Part shown: in pieces, positions 10,501 through 21,714 of the stretch
How positions within the stretch are numbered: position 1 is the first letter of the stretch
How the letters are laid out: every line of letters begins with the position of its first letter
From: Saprolegnia diclina VS20
Lineage: Eukaryota
Assembly (NCBI RefSeq): GCF_000281045.1
Contig: NW_008246086.1
Coordinates: forward strand, 112,513-176,512
Direction: 5' to 3'
DNA length: 64,000 nt
Translations under genes and position numbers: made by a program
The notes under the pieces: generated by a model
What the model was told of the DNA's origin: nothing
The model's input: only the letters and a program-made list of their open reading frames with translations
Databases searched by the model: none

Positions 10501-12801
10501 CAGCATCGGACGCCGCTGCCGCCACCGGGCGACGGCGACGCTCAGCGTCGAGAGCAAAAGTAGAGCCACGAGCCACGTGAGCAGCACGAGAAGCCGCGAT
10601 ACGCTGCCAATTTGCACGTGTCCGCTCGTACAATAGAGCATGACGTCCATACCGATACCAAGGCAGCTGCGCGAGAGCGTTGCAGTGATCGTCGGCGGTG
10701 CCAAAACGTCCAAAAGCCAAATGCTGGAAAAGCCCAGTGCGCTTACAACCGGAAAAAGAACTGAGCTTGACGGTGTGAGCGGGTGCAAGAGCTCTTGCCC
10801 ACCGTAGAGCACCCAGAGTGTCTCGGCGGCCAATAGCGCCGAGACCCACACCGGGCGCGGTGCCGCCTGCAACTGCATTGTCGCGCCATTTACCACCGGC
10901 TCGACGACGGCGGTTGCCAGACAGAGCGCCGCGGTGAGCGCACGCGAGCTCATGAGACCCCGGTTTAAATATACCGATGCGGTCAAGCGGTGGAACTGAA
11001 GCCACGGCGGCGCATGCCATCGGCGCCGTCCCACCGACAGTAGGATGATCGCAACCGCGACGAGGCAGAGCACACTGGTGATGACCGCCGTCATGGCCAA
11101 GAGGTAGCTACCCAAACTCACGCTCGGCGGCGCAAACGCCGTCGGTGTCCCCGTGTACGCCGCCGACATGAGCTGCAGCGTGCGCATGTCGCCTTCAAAG
11201 GACACGACCTCGCGGACATTTTGCGCCCAGTCGTACGCGCAGGCGACGCCGTGCGGGCGCCACGCCGGCGTAAACAGGCGCTGCATGTCGAGCGAAATGT
11301 CCGATTCATTGGACACTGAGGCGACAAACTGCATAAGCCCGACGTCCGAGCCGACAACCGAGGCGGGTAGCGCAACCGATACGGTTCCGAGGAGCTTCGC
11401 CGCGGCGGCAACAGACGCGAGGTACGATGAGCATGCGCTGCTTGAGCAAAGAAACGACGTGTCGACACCGCTCACAAGGACAAGGAGGCTGCTTTCACGA
11501 GTCCACGTAAAGCGAAGCGGCAGCTGCTTGCTGCACACATCGTCGAAGGAAAACGATTCTTGCGGAAACGACTGCGGACGACCGTAGGCACACATGGGGT
11601 TGCCGCCAAAGTAGACTATCGGCGCGTCGGTCCACGACGGTGGCGGTAGCTCCATCGATGCTGGCACGGCGTTGTAGGCGCGTGCGAACGCAGCATTCGA
11701 CTGCAGCGCCGAGAGCACGATCGCGTCAAAGCTCTGCACGGCTGCAATCCAGTCGGGCGGTGGCGGCACCCAGCGCAGGCGTAGGTTGTTGAGCATACCG
11801 ATTTGCGCGTGCACCACGTCGTTGATGAGCCCTCGGAACGGCCCGAGCAGGTACACTTCGACCTGCGTCGGGTCAATGTCGCCGTAAAAGAGAGGTGTGT
11901 GGCGCACGAGACTTTGGTTGACCCCCGGGCCTTGCAACTCAAACTCAAAGTTGCCCGTGAGGAGCGCGGTCGTCCACGACGGCGTCCCACGCTGCACGGA
12001 TGCGATCGATTTGATCGTAAACGACGAGACAACGCCGAGCGCGTTCTCGATCACAATGGTTTCGAGGACGCCGACCTCGTAGTGGTTGGAGTAGAGCAGC
12101 TGAAAATACGCAATGCCGTGGGCTTCCCAGAGAAGGACTTCACTTTGCACATCGACAAGTGTGTGGGTAAGCAGTCGATTGGACCACGCGGCACCAGCAT
12201 CGGTCGCATTCAACGGCGTGAGCACGCGCATGTTGAAGCGCAGGCCGTTCTGGGCGTACCACGCGCCAAAGTCCATGTTGCGCAGGACGGCTTCGAGGTA
12301 CGCGGCGCCATTGGCCATGTCGTTGGCCTCGCACCGGGCCTGCGTCGCGGTTGTGACGCCCATTTCCCAACGCCGCTCCAAGTCCACCCAGCAGTATTTC
12401 GCTGGTAGAAACGTAAAGAGACCGCTGTCAAGGTGGCGCAGGCTCGCAATTGCGGTTGGAAGCGCTGTCATGTGCTCGTAGAGCAACCGCCGACCGTACG
12501 CTGGCTGCATCTCGTACGGCTCGACCCACGGCAGCGCCTGCACGTCAAGGACAGTTGCAGACGACGTTGCGTTCATGGACGCGAGCGCGCGGTTGTAGAC
12601 ATAGCGAAGCGCCGCCGACGTGTTGAGTGTCGCAAAGCCACTCCAAAAAAGATCGTTTTCAAGGTATGGGGCAAAAAGATAGAGGCTGTAGAGACTGAGG
12701 CCGACCGACACCACGACGTACAAAAGCCCCAGCACGTGGCGCAGTGGTCGGTCGCCTGGTGCGTAGACAACGACGGACGGACCGGCTACCGAGATCCGCA
12801 T
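7576..12801 (-). CDS. Giant intronless multi-pass membrane protein with two tandem homologous modules (unknown function; resembles a family expanded in Saprolegniales)
   Basis: ~1740-aa ORF from ATG MRISVAG; motifs repeated in both halves: LxND(L/F)FW, YCW(V/L)D..RW.M, N.A.YLE..LRN, GGN..C, REVV.F.GD, D(T/V)K.W; many hydrophobic helices; paralog at 38872-43986. Confidence 0.85.
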   Translation of the reverse strand: MRISVAGPSVVVYAPGDRPLRHVLGLLYVVVSVGLSLYSLYLFAPYLENDLFWSGFATLNTSAALRYVYNRALASMNATSSATVLDVQALPWVEPYEMQPAYGRRLLYEHMTALPTAIASLRHLDSGLFTFLPAKYCWVDLERRWEMGVTTATQARCEANDMANGAAYLEAVLRNMDFGAWYAQNGLRFNMRVLTPLNATDAGAAWSNRLLTHTLVDVQSEVLLWEAHGIAYFQLLYSNHYEVGVLETIVIENALGVVSSFTIKSIASVQRGTPSWTTALLTGNFEFELQGPGVNQSLVRHTPLFYGDIDPTQVEVYLLGPFRGLINDVVHAQIGMLNNLRLRWVPPPPDWIAAVQSFDAIVLSALQSNAAFARAYNAVPASMELPPPSWTDAPIVYFGGNPMCAYGRPQSFPQESFSFDDVCSKQLPLRFTWTRESSLLVLVSGVDTSFLCSSSACSSYLASVAAAAKLLGTVSVALPASVVGSDVGLMQFVASVSNESDISLDMQRLFTPAWRPHGVACAYDWAQNVREVVSFEGDMRTLQLMSAAYTGTPTAFAPPSVSLGSYLLAMTAVITSVLCLVAVAIILLSVGRRRWHAPPWLQFHRLTASVYLNRGLMSSRALTAALCLATAVVEPVVNGATMQLQAAPRPVWVSALLAAETLWVLYGGQELLHPLTPSSSVLFPVVSALGFSSIWLLDVLAPPTITATLSRSCLGIGMDVMLYCTSGHVQIGSVSRLLVLLTWLVALLLLSTLSVAVARWRQRRPMLCIEESAYMVLPPLAVAHWPRGAIAIDAISAVLCGLLFVSKTHVFDTKLWLWLSPDTFEWQHHCLVLLPPTMGPTPIVVGVTPIKPTPPPNSWFKSKLAPLSLLFGCLYIVATLGSNVAYFNLVRDTLANDFFWAGFNATGSYAFVANALNQRLLTNTSTQLRLDATALIDYSPSYDESVATIAWPVTAASRGLQDENVLTLATAVRGLRTMDPCRLPWVFTQYCWLDVHQRWGMAHTQARQDRCKRHMASNAAVYLETALRNINDWGQWHACYGDSFATGFVDELQQSTAGQAFLASLHAGILLSVDDEVIYWRQANLIRYELQWQNFKTTGFHDAMLVENALGLAYALPLANVVGRFHPTRQTSHVMYWAFASDLWAVTASNASRIAGCSLLRSSSVFAFANVSSEQLLVDNRTLSYPLSSGFHALSSHVGPFNAVDMLFVPVPFPLGRFYALFHDALAMLSATDLEAQARYVHLPTKYFVLAVPLVWQALPTPISMGGNIFCGDNAVASPFFFGMAIGFGATSYCNSVYLEVMQPTPSQVLFALSAFNATSTPSMDATDYVDICSSDAIVDSRCVDDYMAGGAFLETYPALAFAAEATAAYDAMAAHNVTVLQYGRQSDGSSSLLQLSLLSSSDRIWSFYGWLLLYEWTCGMREVVAFTGDAGTVTTISLGVVPVTMPPDAGFIPQTYAFYCQQVVLYITIVLICMAIVVLGYTLHLRGHMESLNLLEFNRTVGIVWVGRSFLFVRSITALCLLHTSTLQLSKTGLGTLLASPPLHWTKIVLASSEATWLVYVLNDILSCVTQQYTPSYAYKSSLLTWSCTFLWTLLDAPPSATANVSRVCELLNMDDGLVCVSGRVQIGSVRRVYTTIGIALGCIIATYGIERMLQPQLRRRHIPSLLLNAQSVYCLLFREVNGACYLDKASAALAGLLAFSQGDVWYILDVKTWRLLVVRTRACADHDAHLHHCLPLSQL

Positions 12802-13239
12802 CGGCGCAACTGCAAAGCAACTGAGTGATGTTTCGTAACGGATCGGCCTCAAGAGACCATTTCCGACCCGCAGTGGTTTTATGTCGACGCTATGTAGAGC
12901 TGCATTGAGCCGAATAGCAATCTAAAGAGCTTTCCAAAGACGTAGTGCGAATGGCCCCCCGTAAAGGCGTGCTGTAGAAGAACTTACGGAAGCGTTCGAA
13001 TGAAGAAGCGCTTGCGCGAGGCGCAGCTAGAACGGGGGTGCAGCTAACTCGACCTCACATCCGCAACGACCCAACCTCGGACTCCTTGCTGCCAATATTA
13101 CATATTGGATAGTCCTCCAGGCCATGTCGTTGCTTGTGTGTCATCCTGAAGACTCGCCGTGCGAATTTCGCGCCATTTTGGCTATGTTCCGGATAATTAT
13201 ACGCGTATCCGGATTCTTACTTGCTGTTGCCAGAAAACG

Positions 13240-15004
13240 ATGTGGGGGCAGCTGGTGGGCGCGAGCGGGACGCTGGACCTCGTCCTGCCGCGGAGCCGAC
13301 TCGGGCGCTTGGCCAAGAAGGCCGACGTCGTCATTAGCAAGCCCTTTATCAGCGGTCTGGTACGCAGACGATGCTCGTAGCGCGCTTCTCCTCATGGGTC
13401 CTATGTTAGCACTGCACGTTCGAGCGCCTCGACGCCGGCGGCGAGACGTCCGTGTGGCTCGTGGACCATAGCACCAACGGCGTCTTCGTCAATGGCAGCG
13501 TCGTGGGCCATTCGAACCGGGTCGCGATCAACGATCAAGACGAGATCTCCTTCACCAAGCCGGGCATCAAGAGCCCCGGCATCGAACCGCTCTTCTTTCG
13601 CTTCTGCCTCACGTATACCATTCCCATGCGATCGCTGGTCCACAAGTATCCTCCCAGGAACACCGAGCCGTCGACGCCGACGCATCGCGGTGGGCAGAAG
13701 CGGCCGCGCAGCCCCTTCTCGACGCCCGAGCCGCGCGCGGTGATTGACAGTGCGAAGAAGCTCTGCGTGTCTTCCACGACGCAGCGCGACGAGCTCATCT
13801 CGGGCACGGAAGCGATGCAAAAGGCCAACCAGGTACAGCATATGCTCTTGCTAAATGTGATCTCATCCATCGCAGGAGCTGCGCCAACGGCTCGTCGAGC
13901 ACGGCAACCGCGAGAACGAGCTCAAGGAGAAGATCCAGACAATGCTCGTCACGATCAACGAGAAAGAGTCGACGATCGAGAAGATGGATGAAGAGCAAGC
14001 CAAGCTGCGCGCGCAGGTCATGCAGCAAGACCACACCGTGCTCGACCTCACTGCCCGCGTCGATGCATACAAGAGCCTCGAAGAAGGCTGGAAGGCCAAG
14101 GAGGCCGAGTGGGTGCAACAAAAGGAGCTCCACCTCACGACAGCCGCCGACCTCAGCGCCGCCCAGCGGCAGCTGCAACATGCGCAGAGCGTCATTAGCG
14201 TGCTCGAATCGCAAGCAGCCGAGACGTCGACCAAGATGGCCGAAGCGACACAGCAGGTTCGGGACCTTGAGGTTGAGAACCACCAACTTCAGATGCAACG
14301 CGACGCCGTCCAGATGAAGCGAGAGCAGCACGAAGAAGACTCTCGGTACGCCACTTCCTGCCTGGATGTCAAGGTCAAGGTTGAACTACTGTAGCAGAAG
14401 TGATCAAGAAAGCGTGCTCGTCATGAAGGCTCGGCTTGCGACCGCGCGCGAAGCGTTCCACCAGATGCAGCATTACATGGGCGTGCTGGCGGACCAGATC
14501 CAGATCCCAAGCGCATCCGAGGCCAGACACACTGACGCCGCCATCGACGACGACGACGACGACGGGGAGACACAGTGCATGGACAAGTCGCGACCACAGT
14601 CCTTGGTCGACTTGGCCGTTGTGGCCGACGCCAAGCACGAGACCACCAACAGCGAGGAGGGCAAAAGCCCGGAGCAGCCTTCGGCGGTCAAGCCGAAAGA
14701 AGCGAGGCGGCTGTTCACGACGACCTCGGAATCCGATGACGGTATCAAACCAGAAGCGAGTGACGAGGACAGCGACGAAGACATGACGGCGGAGCACCGA
14801 CCCGAGTCCAAGGGACTCTCACCGGACGAGACGCATGTGATGGACATTACGACCGACTCACCGCGGGAGGCTGCGCCACCGGCCCTCGTCGAGACCAAGA
14901 GCAAGCGCTGGCTGCAGCTCAACACAATGGACGAGTCGCACAACGACAGCGAAACGGGCTTGTTTGACGAAACACAGATTTCCCAAGACTTGCAAGACGA
15001 ATAA
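13240..15004 (+). CDS. FHA-domain protein with central coiled coil and acidic tail (multi-exon)
   Basis: MWGQLV..LGR..ISG|LHC..LVDHSTNGVFVNG..I.F FHA signature split by an intron; heptad-rich exon 13880-14345; acidic last exon to TAA 15004. Confidence 0.8.
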
Positions 15005-15044
15005 GATACGCGATGATAATACTTCACGGTTGGTACGACTGATC

Positions 15045-18000
15045 TCACGGCAATGGCGCCGACTGGAAGCGCTTGAGCAGGTTCGCATCTACAAGAGGGT
15101 GAGTTTCAATCATGAACGCGTGAGATGACGCACCGTTGAGTTGGCGTTGAGCCTTGATGTTGGCCTTGGACGGCCGCGGCTGGAAGAGCGACGGCGCACT
15201 CGCGGCGACTGTTTGCTTCCACGATACATCGATACGCCGCGCAGGCTGGACGGGGGCCACAACGTGCACGGGACTTGGCGTCTCGGGGGCCGGCTCGTCA
15301 AGCGTGGTGACAATTTCCTTGGGTTCGGCGCATCCCTTCTCGAGCTTCGTTTCGCGAAGCCGCTCAAAACCAGCAAGAACTTGTTGCTGGAAATATACCT
15401 TCTTGGCCTCGGCTTCCTCGAGCGCCCGTTCCATGGCGTCATAGCGGTGCTGGAGCTTCTTGTTTTCCTCGTCACATGCGCTGCGTTCGGCGTTGAGCCC
15501 TGCCAGGGCCGACTCTGCAGCGATCAGCGAGGTTTGGGTGGAAGCAAGCGCTTCTTCGTGTCGAGAGCACGTCTGGGACAACTCATCGATGCGGGCGTCA
15601 AGCTCAAGCTTCTTCTTGGCCCACGCAGCGTCCTGCTCGTGCCACTGTGCGAGCGTCGCCTCCAGCTTCGCCACATGCGTTTCGAGGTCGCCGATGGTCA
15701 GGACCCTGGCATCGACGCTGGCCTTGAGGTCCGCGTTATCTTTGGCTAGCCGCGTGTTGGCAAGCACGAGGTCCCCCTTCTCCGACAAGAGCGCAGTTTG
15801 GTCAGCGACCCACTTGGCGGCTTGGTCTTCGCGCTCCTTTGAGGACACGAACGCCCGCGTCTCGAACGCTTCGCACTGGAGCTGAAGGTCGCTGTTTTGT
15901 GCCTGAAGACTGCCGACTTGGTTGCGGAGCTCGTCCACCTGGCGCTCAAGAAGCGCGATCGATGCTGCTTTGTCCTTGACCGTGTCGTCGTAGCGGCACT
16001 GTCGCTGGAAATCGTCCTCTTGGAGCGCGAGAATCTGCTGCTCTTGAGCGCTGACCGTCATCTCGAGCTCGCTTTTTTCCTTCTCGGTCGTCTCCAAGCA
16101 CACTTGGAGGCAGCGGATTTCAGAAGAGAGATCTTGGACGCGGTCCTGGAGCTCGACAACATCTGCCGTGAGCCCCTTCGCACGCTCTTCGACTTCATCG
16201 CGCTCTTCCGTTGTAACCGCAAGCGTTGCTTGAAGCTGTGCGCTTTCATCAGTCGCTTTCTGTAGATAAAGGACGAGCGCGTCGTGCTCTGCTTGACGTG
16301 ATGCATCGATCGCCGCTGCTTTGGTCTCGAGCAACGACAGCGCTTCGGTGAGCGCGACGATCTGAGCTCGTAGTTTCTCGTTGTCGGCTTCGAGGTCGCG
16401 CTTCTCATCCTTGATCACGACAATTTCTTGCGCGAGACCCGCGCCGATGGAGCCTTGCTGCTCCATGTTGGCCTTGTACAGCTCGACGAGCGCCGACTTG
16501 TCATCAACGCGCGTTGTCGCATCGTCGAGCTTGGCTTGGCAATCCTCAAGCATGGACACAAGCTGCGCCTTGTTGCCGCTAAGGGTCGTGAACTCGAGGC
16601 GCGCCTCAGTGAGCTCGGCCTCGAGGCGCGTCACACGCTCCTGGGATTCGGTAGCTTGATGGTTGCTACCGTCGACGAGGGCTTGACGCTCAGACGCCCA
16701 AGCGGCGTTCTGCGTCTCCAAAACACGCACGCTGGCACGCAACTCAACGAGCTGGTTCGTCAATGCTGCGTTTTCGTCTCGGACGGTGCGGATGTCGGCG
16801 TCGTGGGTATCCAAGCCTTCCGTCTTGAGCTTGAGCATCTCGGCTTTGAGCGTCGTTGCTTGTTCCTCGACGGCTCTGTGCTTCTCGCGTAGCGCGTGCT
16901 CGTGGGTGAGCTGGACTTGGAGCTGATCTTTGAGGCAAGCAATCTCTGTCTGGCACTAATCACAGTGTCGTCCTGAGAAAACCTTTGACTTCAGCGCATC
17001 GTGGCCTACCTCGCAAGTCGATGAGCTGGCTTTCAGCTGGGCGAGCTCCGCCTTTAGGAGCTCTCCTTGCTGCTGTTCCTCAAAGAGGCCAGCCTGGACG
17101 GTACTCATGGTCTCGTCCATGCAACCAAGTTCTTCTTCCATTGTCGCCTTCTGCTTGACGAGCTCATCAACGCGTGCTTGTAGCTCCGCGACACGCGGGT
17201 CGTCGCCGGCTGGCTCTTTCGGCGATTCTTGCAGGGAGCTCTGGATTTCCATGGCAGATACTTGCGCTTTGAGCGCCGAGATCTCTTCCTCCTTGGCCGT
17301 GTTGTACTCCTTGAGCATGACGGACGTTTGCTTGAGTGCCGTCTGCGACTCGTCAAAGTTGAGCTCGAGGCGAAGAATCGCGTTTTCTTTCTCCTTGAGT
17401 TTGGCTTTCAACGTAGCGACTGTCTCGTGTAGCGCCATCACATCCGGATCGTTCGCCGACAACGAGCTCTGCACCGACGTGGGCGCATCCTCCGTCTGCA
17501 TTTGAAATCCTTCGATCTTCTCTTCTGCGCGCGCGAGCGCGTCCGCGTTGATGACAAACTTGGTCTGGAGCGCGTGCAGTTTCTTCTCGGTCGCCTTCTT
17601 CTCGCAGAGGAGTTCAAAGTACAGCTCTGATGATGTAGAGTCAGTCGAGCCACTCGGAGTATGTACAGGAGTTGGCGTCGCCGACAGACTTTTCAGGGTC
17701 TCGTGGTTCGAGTGCGGTGTGGCCACGGGTGCTATCATTCGTGGTGTTAACATGTACACGCGGAAAAGTCGTCAATGTACCGGCCACAGCAAGACTCGGG
17801 GCGGCCACGTTTTCTACACTGGGACTCTGTTGGGGGTGAGCCGAAACCCTCCGAGCCGCGCCAGTCTGCACCTTCGCGACTGCAAGATTCCTCTATTGCA
17901 CGCCACATGCAAGTAGCAACATAAAGGCTAAGAACGTCGCGAGTACCCGTCGCTTGATGGTGTCGGGCGTATTGGTGATGTTGGACAGAGTCTTGCGCTT

Positions 18001-19168
18001 GTGATTCTACACATATTTGGTTAGCCATCATTGCTGTGGTGTTGTAAATGCGAACCCGCGGAGTGACGATGTCAGTCGTCGCTCGAGCACCGTGGGGGCT
18101 TATCGCATGCGCGTTGACAGTCACGACTTCAAGCTGGCGCGCAAGATGCTTCTTGACACTGGGCTCGAGCGTCATCAAAAAGCTACAGAACGCAAGGAGT
18201 GAGTGTTGTTGATGCACCTTGATATCCATACGCGTCTTTGTAATCGGGCCAAATCGAGGCATACGCGCTATACACAGGCAAACTGAGTATACACAGCGTG
18301 AGCGCCAAGATAGGTATTGTACGCATAGCATGAGCGGCCAGCATCTCGGCTCACGGGCGACGCATCGCTGAGCGCACTCTACGGCGTTTTTCATCAGCAC
18401 CCATGTTTGCGTGGAAGTAATAGAGCTACCGCAATAAAGTCCTGGATCTGCCCGCGGTATGTATCCAAGTGCGCGAACGTCCAGTGCTTGAGCAGGATGA
18501 GCATGTACTGGACGCACGCATCTCGCATCTGGCCGTTCCTATGTCAACCATCATGCGCTCCGCGTTTTGTATGCATCGCAATCAGGCATCATACTTGCTC
18601 GTCTTGGACACGTAGAAGAACGTCGATAGTATGTGGCGAGACATGACGACTTTGAGCACGCGCTCGATGCAGCCGTGGATCGCGCTGCTGTTGACCTGGT
18701 ACCATCATGAGGGTCTGCCGAAGTTAGAAGAGGAGACCTTGTTGGTGCCCCCTCGGGCGTCGATCATCGTTGAGAAGACGTTCGAGATGAGAAGCTTCGT
18801 CTTCTGGCCCAGATGCACTGCGATTTCCGCAAAGACCTCGCATGCTTCCTTGACGACCGCTGATCGGAGCTCGACGAACTACATGAAGAGTCGCATGTCG
18901 TTGGAAGCGCTAGGATCACCATGTACGTACGAGGCTGCGGAAGGGAACGACGAGACAGCTGAGGTTCTCTTGGGTGATGCTGCCTGCATTGGCGACGACG
19001 TAGCTGTGGATGTCCCGGAGCGCATCGACCTTGAGCTTCCATTCCTCGTCGCCGACCCTCAAGCGCGCTGCGTACCCGTCCAGGGGGCACTGCTTGGACC
19101 TCCATCCTAGCTGCTCGGGGCATGAGGTCTAGGCTTCCTCGGCCCCATCCTCCTACCGTCGGCTGCAT
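15045..19168 (-). CDS. CLASP_N/TOG-like HEAT domain protein with a long C-terminal coiled coil (~11 exons)
   Basis: Spliced reading: ..EEWKLKVDALRDI..VPFRSL|FVELRSAVVKEACEVFAEIAVHLG..|..MRDACVQYMLILLKHW..|SALSDASPVSRDAGRSCYA.., matching CLASP N-terminal domain motifs; small in-phase GT-AG exons link it to the coiled-coil ORFs 16956-17759 and 15045-16838. Confidence 0.75.
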
Positions 19169-19568
19169 GGTCCTTGTCCGATCGCGCGCGCCGAGGTGCA
19201 AATTTAGGTGGCTTGATTTGAATATTCAAACACGCGGTCCTCGATAGTAGGGTGCAATACGCGTTACAAGAACACAATCCAACCAATCAACGTGCACAAA
19301 ATTCTGAAACGCGAGGCTGAAATCACCGCTCCTTGGCTGACCGATCCACGCACACCTCAGTTGAAGCATGTATTGTACTATGAGCATGGCTCACGGATCA
19401 CTCGTCTTCAAGGTTGTTGGATAGGTCATGGCATCCATCAGTCGTTTGCATACCTTTTGGTGTAGAAATTGTGATGGCAGAAGGTATAAATTGCGTGATT
19501 TTAAACAATTGGAGGCTGGGTCGCACCTTCGAATTTCAGAATTCCGCATTCGCTGTGGCCTGGCGACG

Positions 19569-20474
19569 ATGATCGCGCTCCTAGAACACATCAACTTGGC
19601 CATCGAGGCCTCGGGCGACCCGACGACGGCAACTGCCCGCTTCTACCTGGACGTTCTTGGGTGTGCGCGCGACCCGCGTTTGGAGTGGATGGTCCATGCT
19701 AACATTGGTCTCGGCCAATTCCATCTTCTGCCGGGCCAGCCTGCGGACCAGCGCATCAACGGCGAGATCGCGCTCTTCTACACGAGCCTCAACGCGCTCA
19801 AGGAGCGACTCGTCGCCCGTGGCCAAGCCTTCTACGAGCACATGAGCGATGTCGTCGTGCCAGCCATTGCGGTGTACGACTTTGCCATGGCCGCGCGCCA
19901 CTACCGCCACATCGGCGTATCAGATCCCTCTGGCAACTCTATCTTGTGCTTCGAGTCCCCGCACGACTATGCGGCTGCGTCTGCAGCGCTGGGTGCGCAC
20001 CCGGGCGACGCGGCCGTTGGCGATGGGCTTGCCTACATCAAATTTCTCGTGCGCCCTGGCGCGGCCCGTGGCCTAGGCGCGTTCTACCAGCAGCTTCTCG
20101 GTGCGGCCACCGTGGTCCAGCCGCTTGACAAGGCTGCTGCGAGCGATCTCCACCTGTGCAGCGTCGACTGCGGCCCGCTGCAGCGTCTGCTCTTTGAAGA
20201 GACACACGAGCTGCTGTTGCCGTACGACGGTCACCACATTTGCATCTACGTAACCGAGTTTGAAGCCGCGTACCACGCGTGCGCGGCCAAGCAGCTCGTG
20301 TGGACGAACGCCATTTACGAAGACAAGTGCGACTCGTGGGCGGAGACGCAAAAGTGGCGTCAATTTCGCATCCTGGACATCCGCGACCCAGGATCGAACG
20401 CGCTCCTGCTCCAGCTCGAGCACGAGATCCGCCCGCTACAGCACAGTCGGTGCCCGCTAACGTCGGCCAAGTAG
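19569..20474 (+). CDS. VOC/glyoxalase-bleomycin-resistance fold protein (two betaalphabetabetabeta units), intronless
   Basis: EHINL..ARFYLDVLG..DP, GQFHL, DPSGNSI, FYQQLLGA, GHHICIYV, LEHEIR motifs. Confidence 0.7.
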   Translation: MIALLEHINLAIEASGDPTTATARFYLDVLGCARDPRLEWMVHANIGLGQFHLLPGQPADQRINGEIALFYTSLNALKERLVARGQAFYEHMSDVVVPAIAVYDFAMAARHYRHIGVSDPSGNSILCFESPHDYAAASAALGAHPGDAAVGDGLAYIKFLVRPGAARGLGAFYQQLLGAATVVQPLDKAAASDLHLCSVDCGPLQRLLFEETHELLLPYDGHHICIYVTEFEAAYHACAAKQLVWTNAIYEDKCDSWAETQKWRQFRILDIRDPGSNALLLQLEHEIRPLQHSRCPLTSAK

Positions 20475-20722
20475 TCGTCTAATCTAGTGCTGCGTAATTG
20501 TGCGTTGCCAGTTGAGTCCTGTCGTGGGGCGGTCCAGTTGCAGAGGAAGCTGTGGTTCACTTCCGATCCTTTGTCCATGCTCTGGCTCCATGCTTCCATG
20601 CCATTTCATATTAGATACAGAAACGGAGTTATCTCCGCTGCCTACAACCACATGCAGAAAACGTCAATGAGCAACCAATACCTGCCGTGCCGACAGCATT
20701 TTTCATTTTGCATCACGTCAGG

Positions 20723-21714
20723 ATGAGCGCGGTCAACGCCACGCTTCTTGCTGATGGCTACTGGGGCCCCCCGACGAGCAGCGTCGACTGGTACAACATT
20801 CCGTCCTATCTTTTGTGGGCATGGACCAACCCACGTATCTTGTAGGTGCGAAGACAACTACGTCTGGTCTTACTACATTGCAGAGTGGTGGAACTCGTGG
20901 AGGTACATTTCTTCATCCACCATCAACGCCGTCTCGAATCCATCTACCTCTAGCAACGTTCCGCCGCTGCTGCTTGCACTCTACGCCCTCTACAAGTCGC
21001 GCCTCGCGTACGCCAACCACGCACAGCCAGCGATCATTCGCTTCGCCTACATTGTACCTCTGGTCATCTTTTCTGGCTCGTTCGCCTTCCACTCGACGCT
21101 CACGTACGCAGGCCAGCTCCTCGACGAACTCCCCATGATGTACGGAACCCTCTTCTTTCACTACATCAGCCTCCGGTACCATCCAACGATGAAGTGGGTG
21201 CTCATCGCCTTTGCCGTCGGCCTCACGATCGCTCTCTCCATCGTCGGCCACGCTCCCCTCGCATTCCAATTTGCCTACGGCTTTCTGGTCCATCGTCAGT
21301 CTAAGTATTGCATCCACTGATGCATTGCATGGGTAGACAGTCGCGCTCGTCGTGCGAAGCATCGTCCTGCACCGACAGCACAAGGACGTGAGCGAGACGC
21401 GGCTCTTGCAGCTCGGCGCGCTCTTGTACGCGGGAGGGTTTGTACTCTGGATCGCCGACCAAGCGTTTTGTCCGTCGGCCAAGCAGCTGCACTTGCACGC
21501 GATCTGGCATCTCCTCTCGGGGGCCGGGACGTTTATGTGGATCCAGTTTGCGTGCGCATACGAGCTGAGCATGCACGAAGAGCGTCTTCGCGTCCGCAAG
21601 ATCGCGTGCATCTTGCCCTACTGCGTCCGATCGAGTGCGCCGGCAAGCACGCCCACCACAACGCCACAGGTGGCCTTCGTATCGAGGGCATCCGACCACG
21701 TCGACACACTTTAA
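20723..21714 (+). CDS. Alkaline ceramidase (CREST superfamily, ACER/YPC1-like), copy 1
   Basis: GYWGPPTSSVDW|CEDNY..IAEWWNSW|SN, GSFAFHSTL..GQLLDELPM, LHAIWH Zn-binding motifs; 3 short introns. Confidence 0.9.

Noticed and set aside
12860..13120. GTTCGAA-containing stretch considered as a tRNA/ncRNA
   Set aside because: No cloverleaf pairing or A-box at the right spacing.
17747..18517. 256-aa Cys-rich ORF that superficially suggests a KDZ/CxC transposase
   Set aside because: It is a read-through of introns and exons of the CLASP_N gene in mixed frames.
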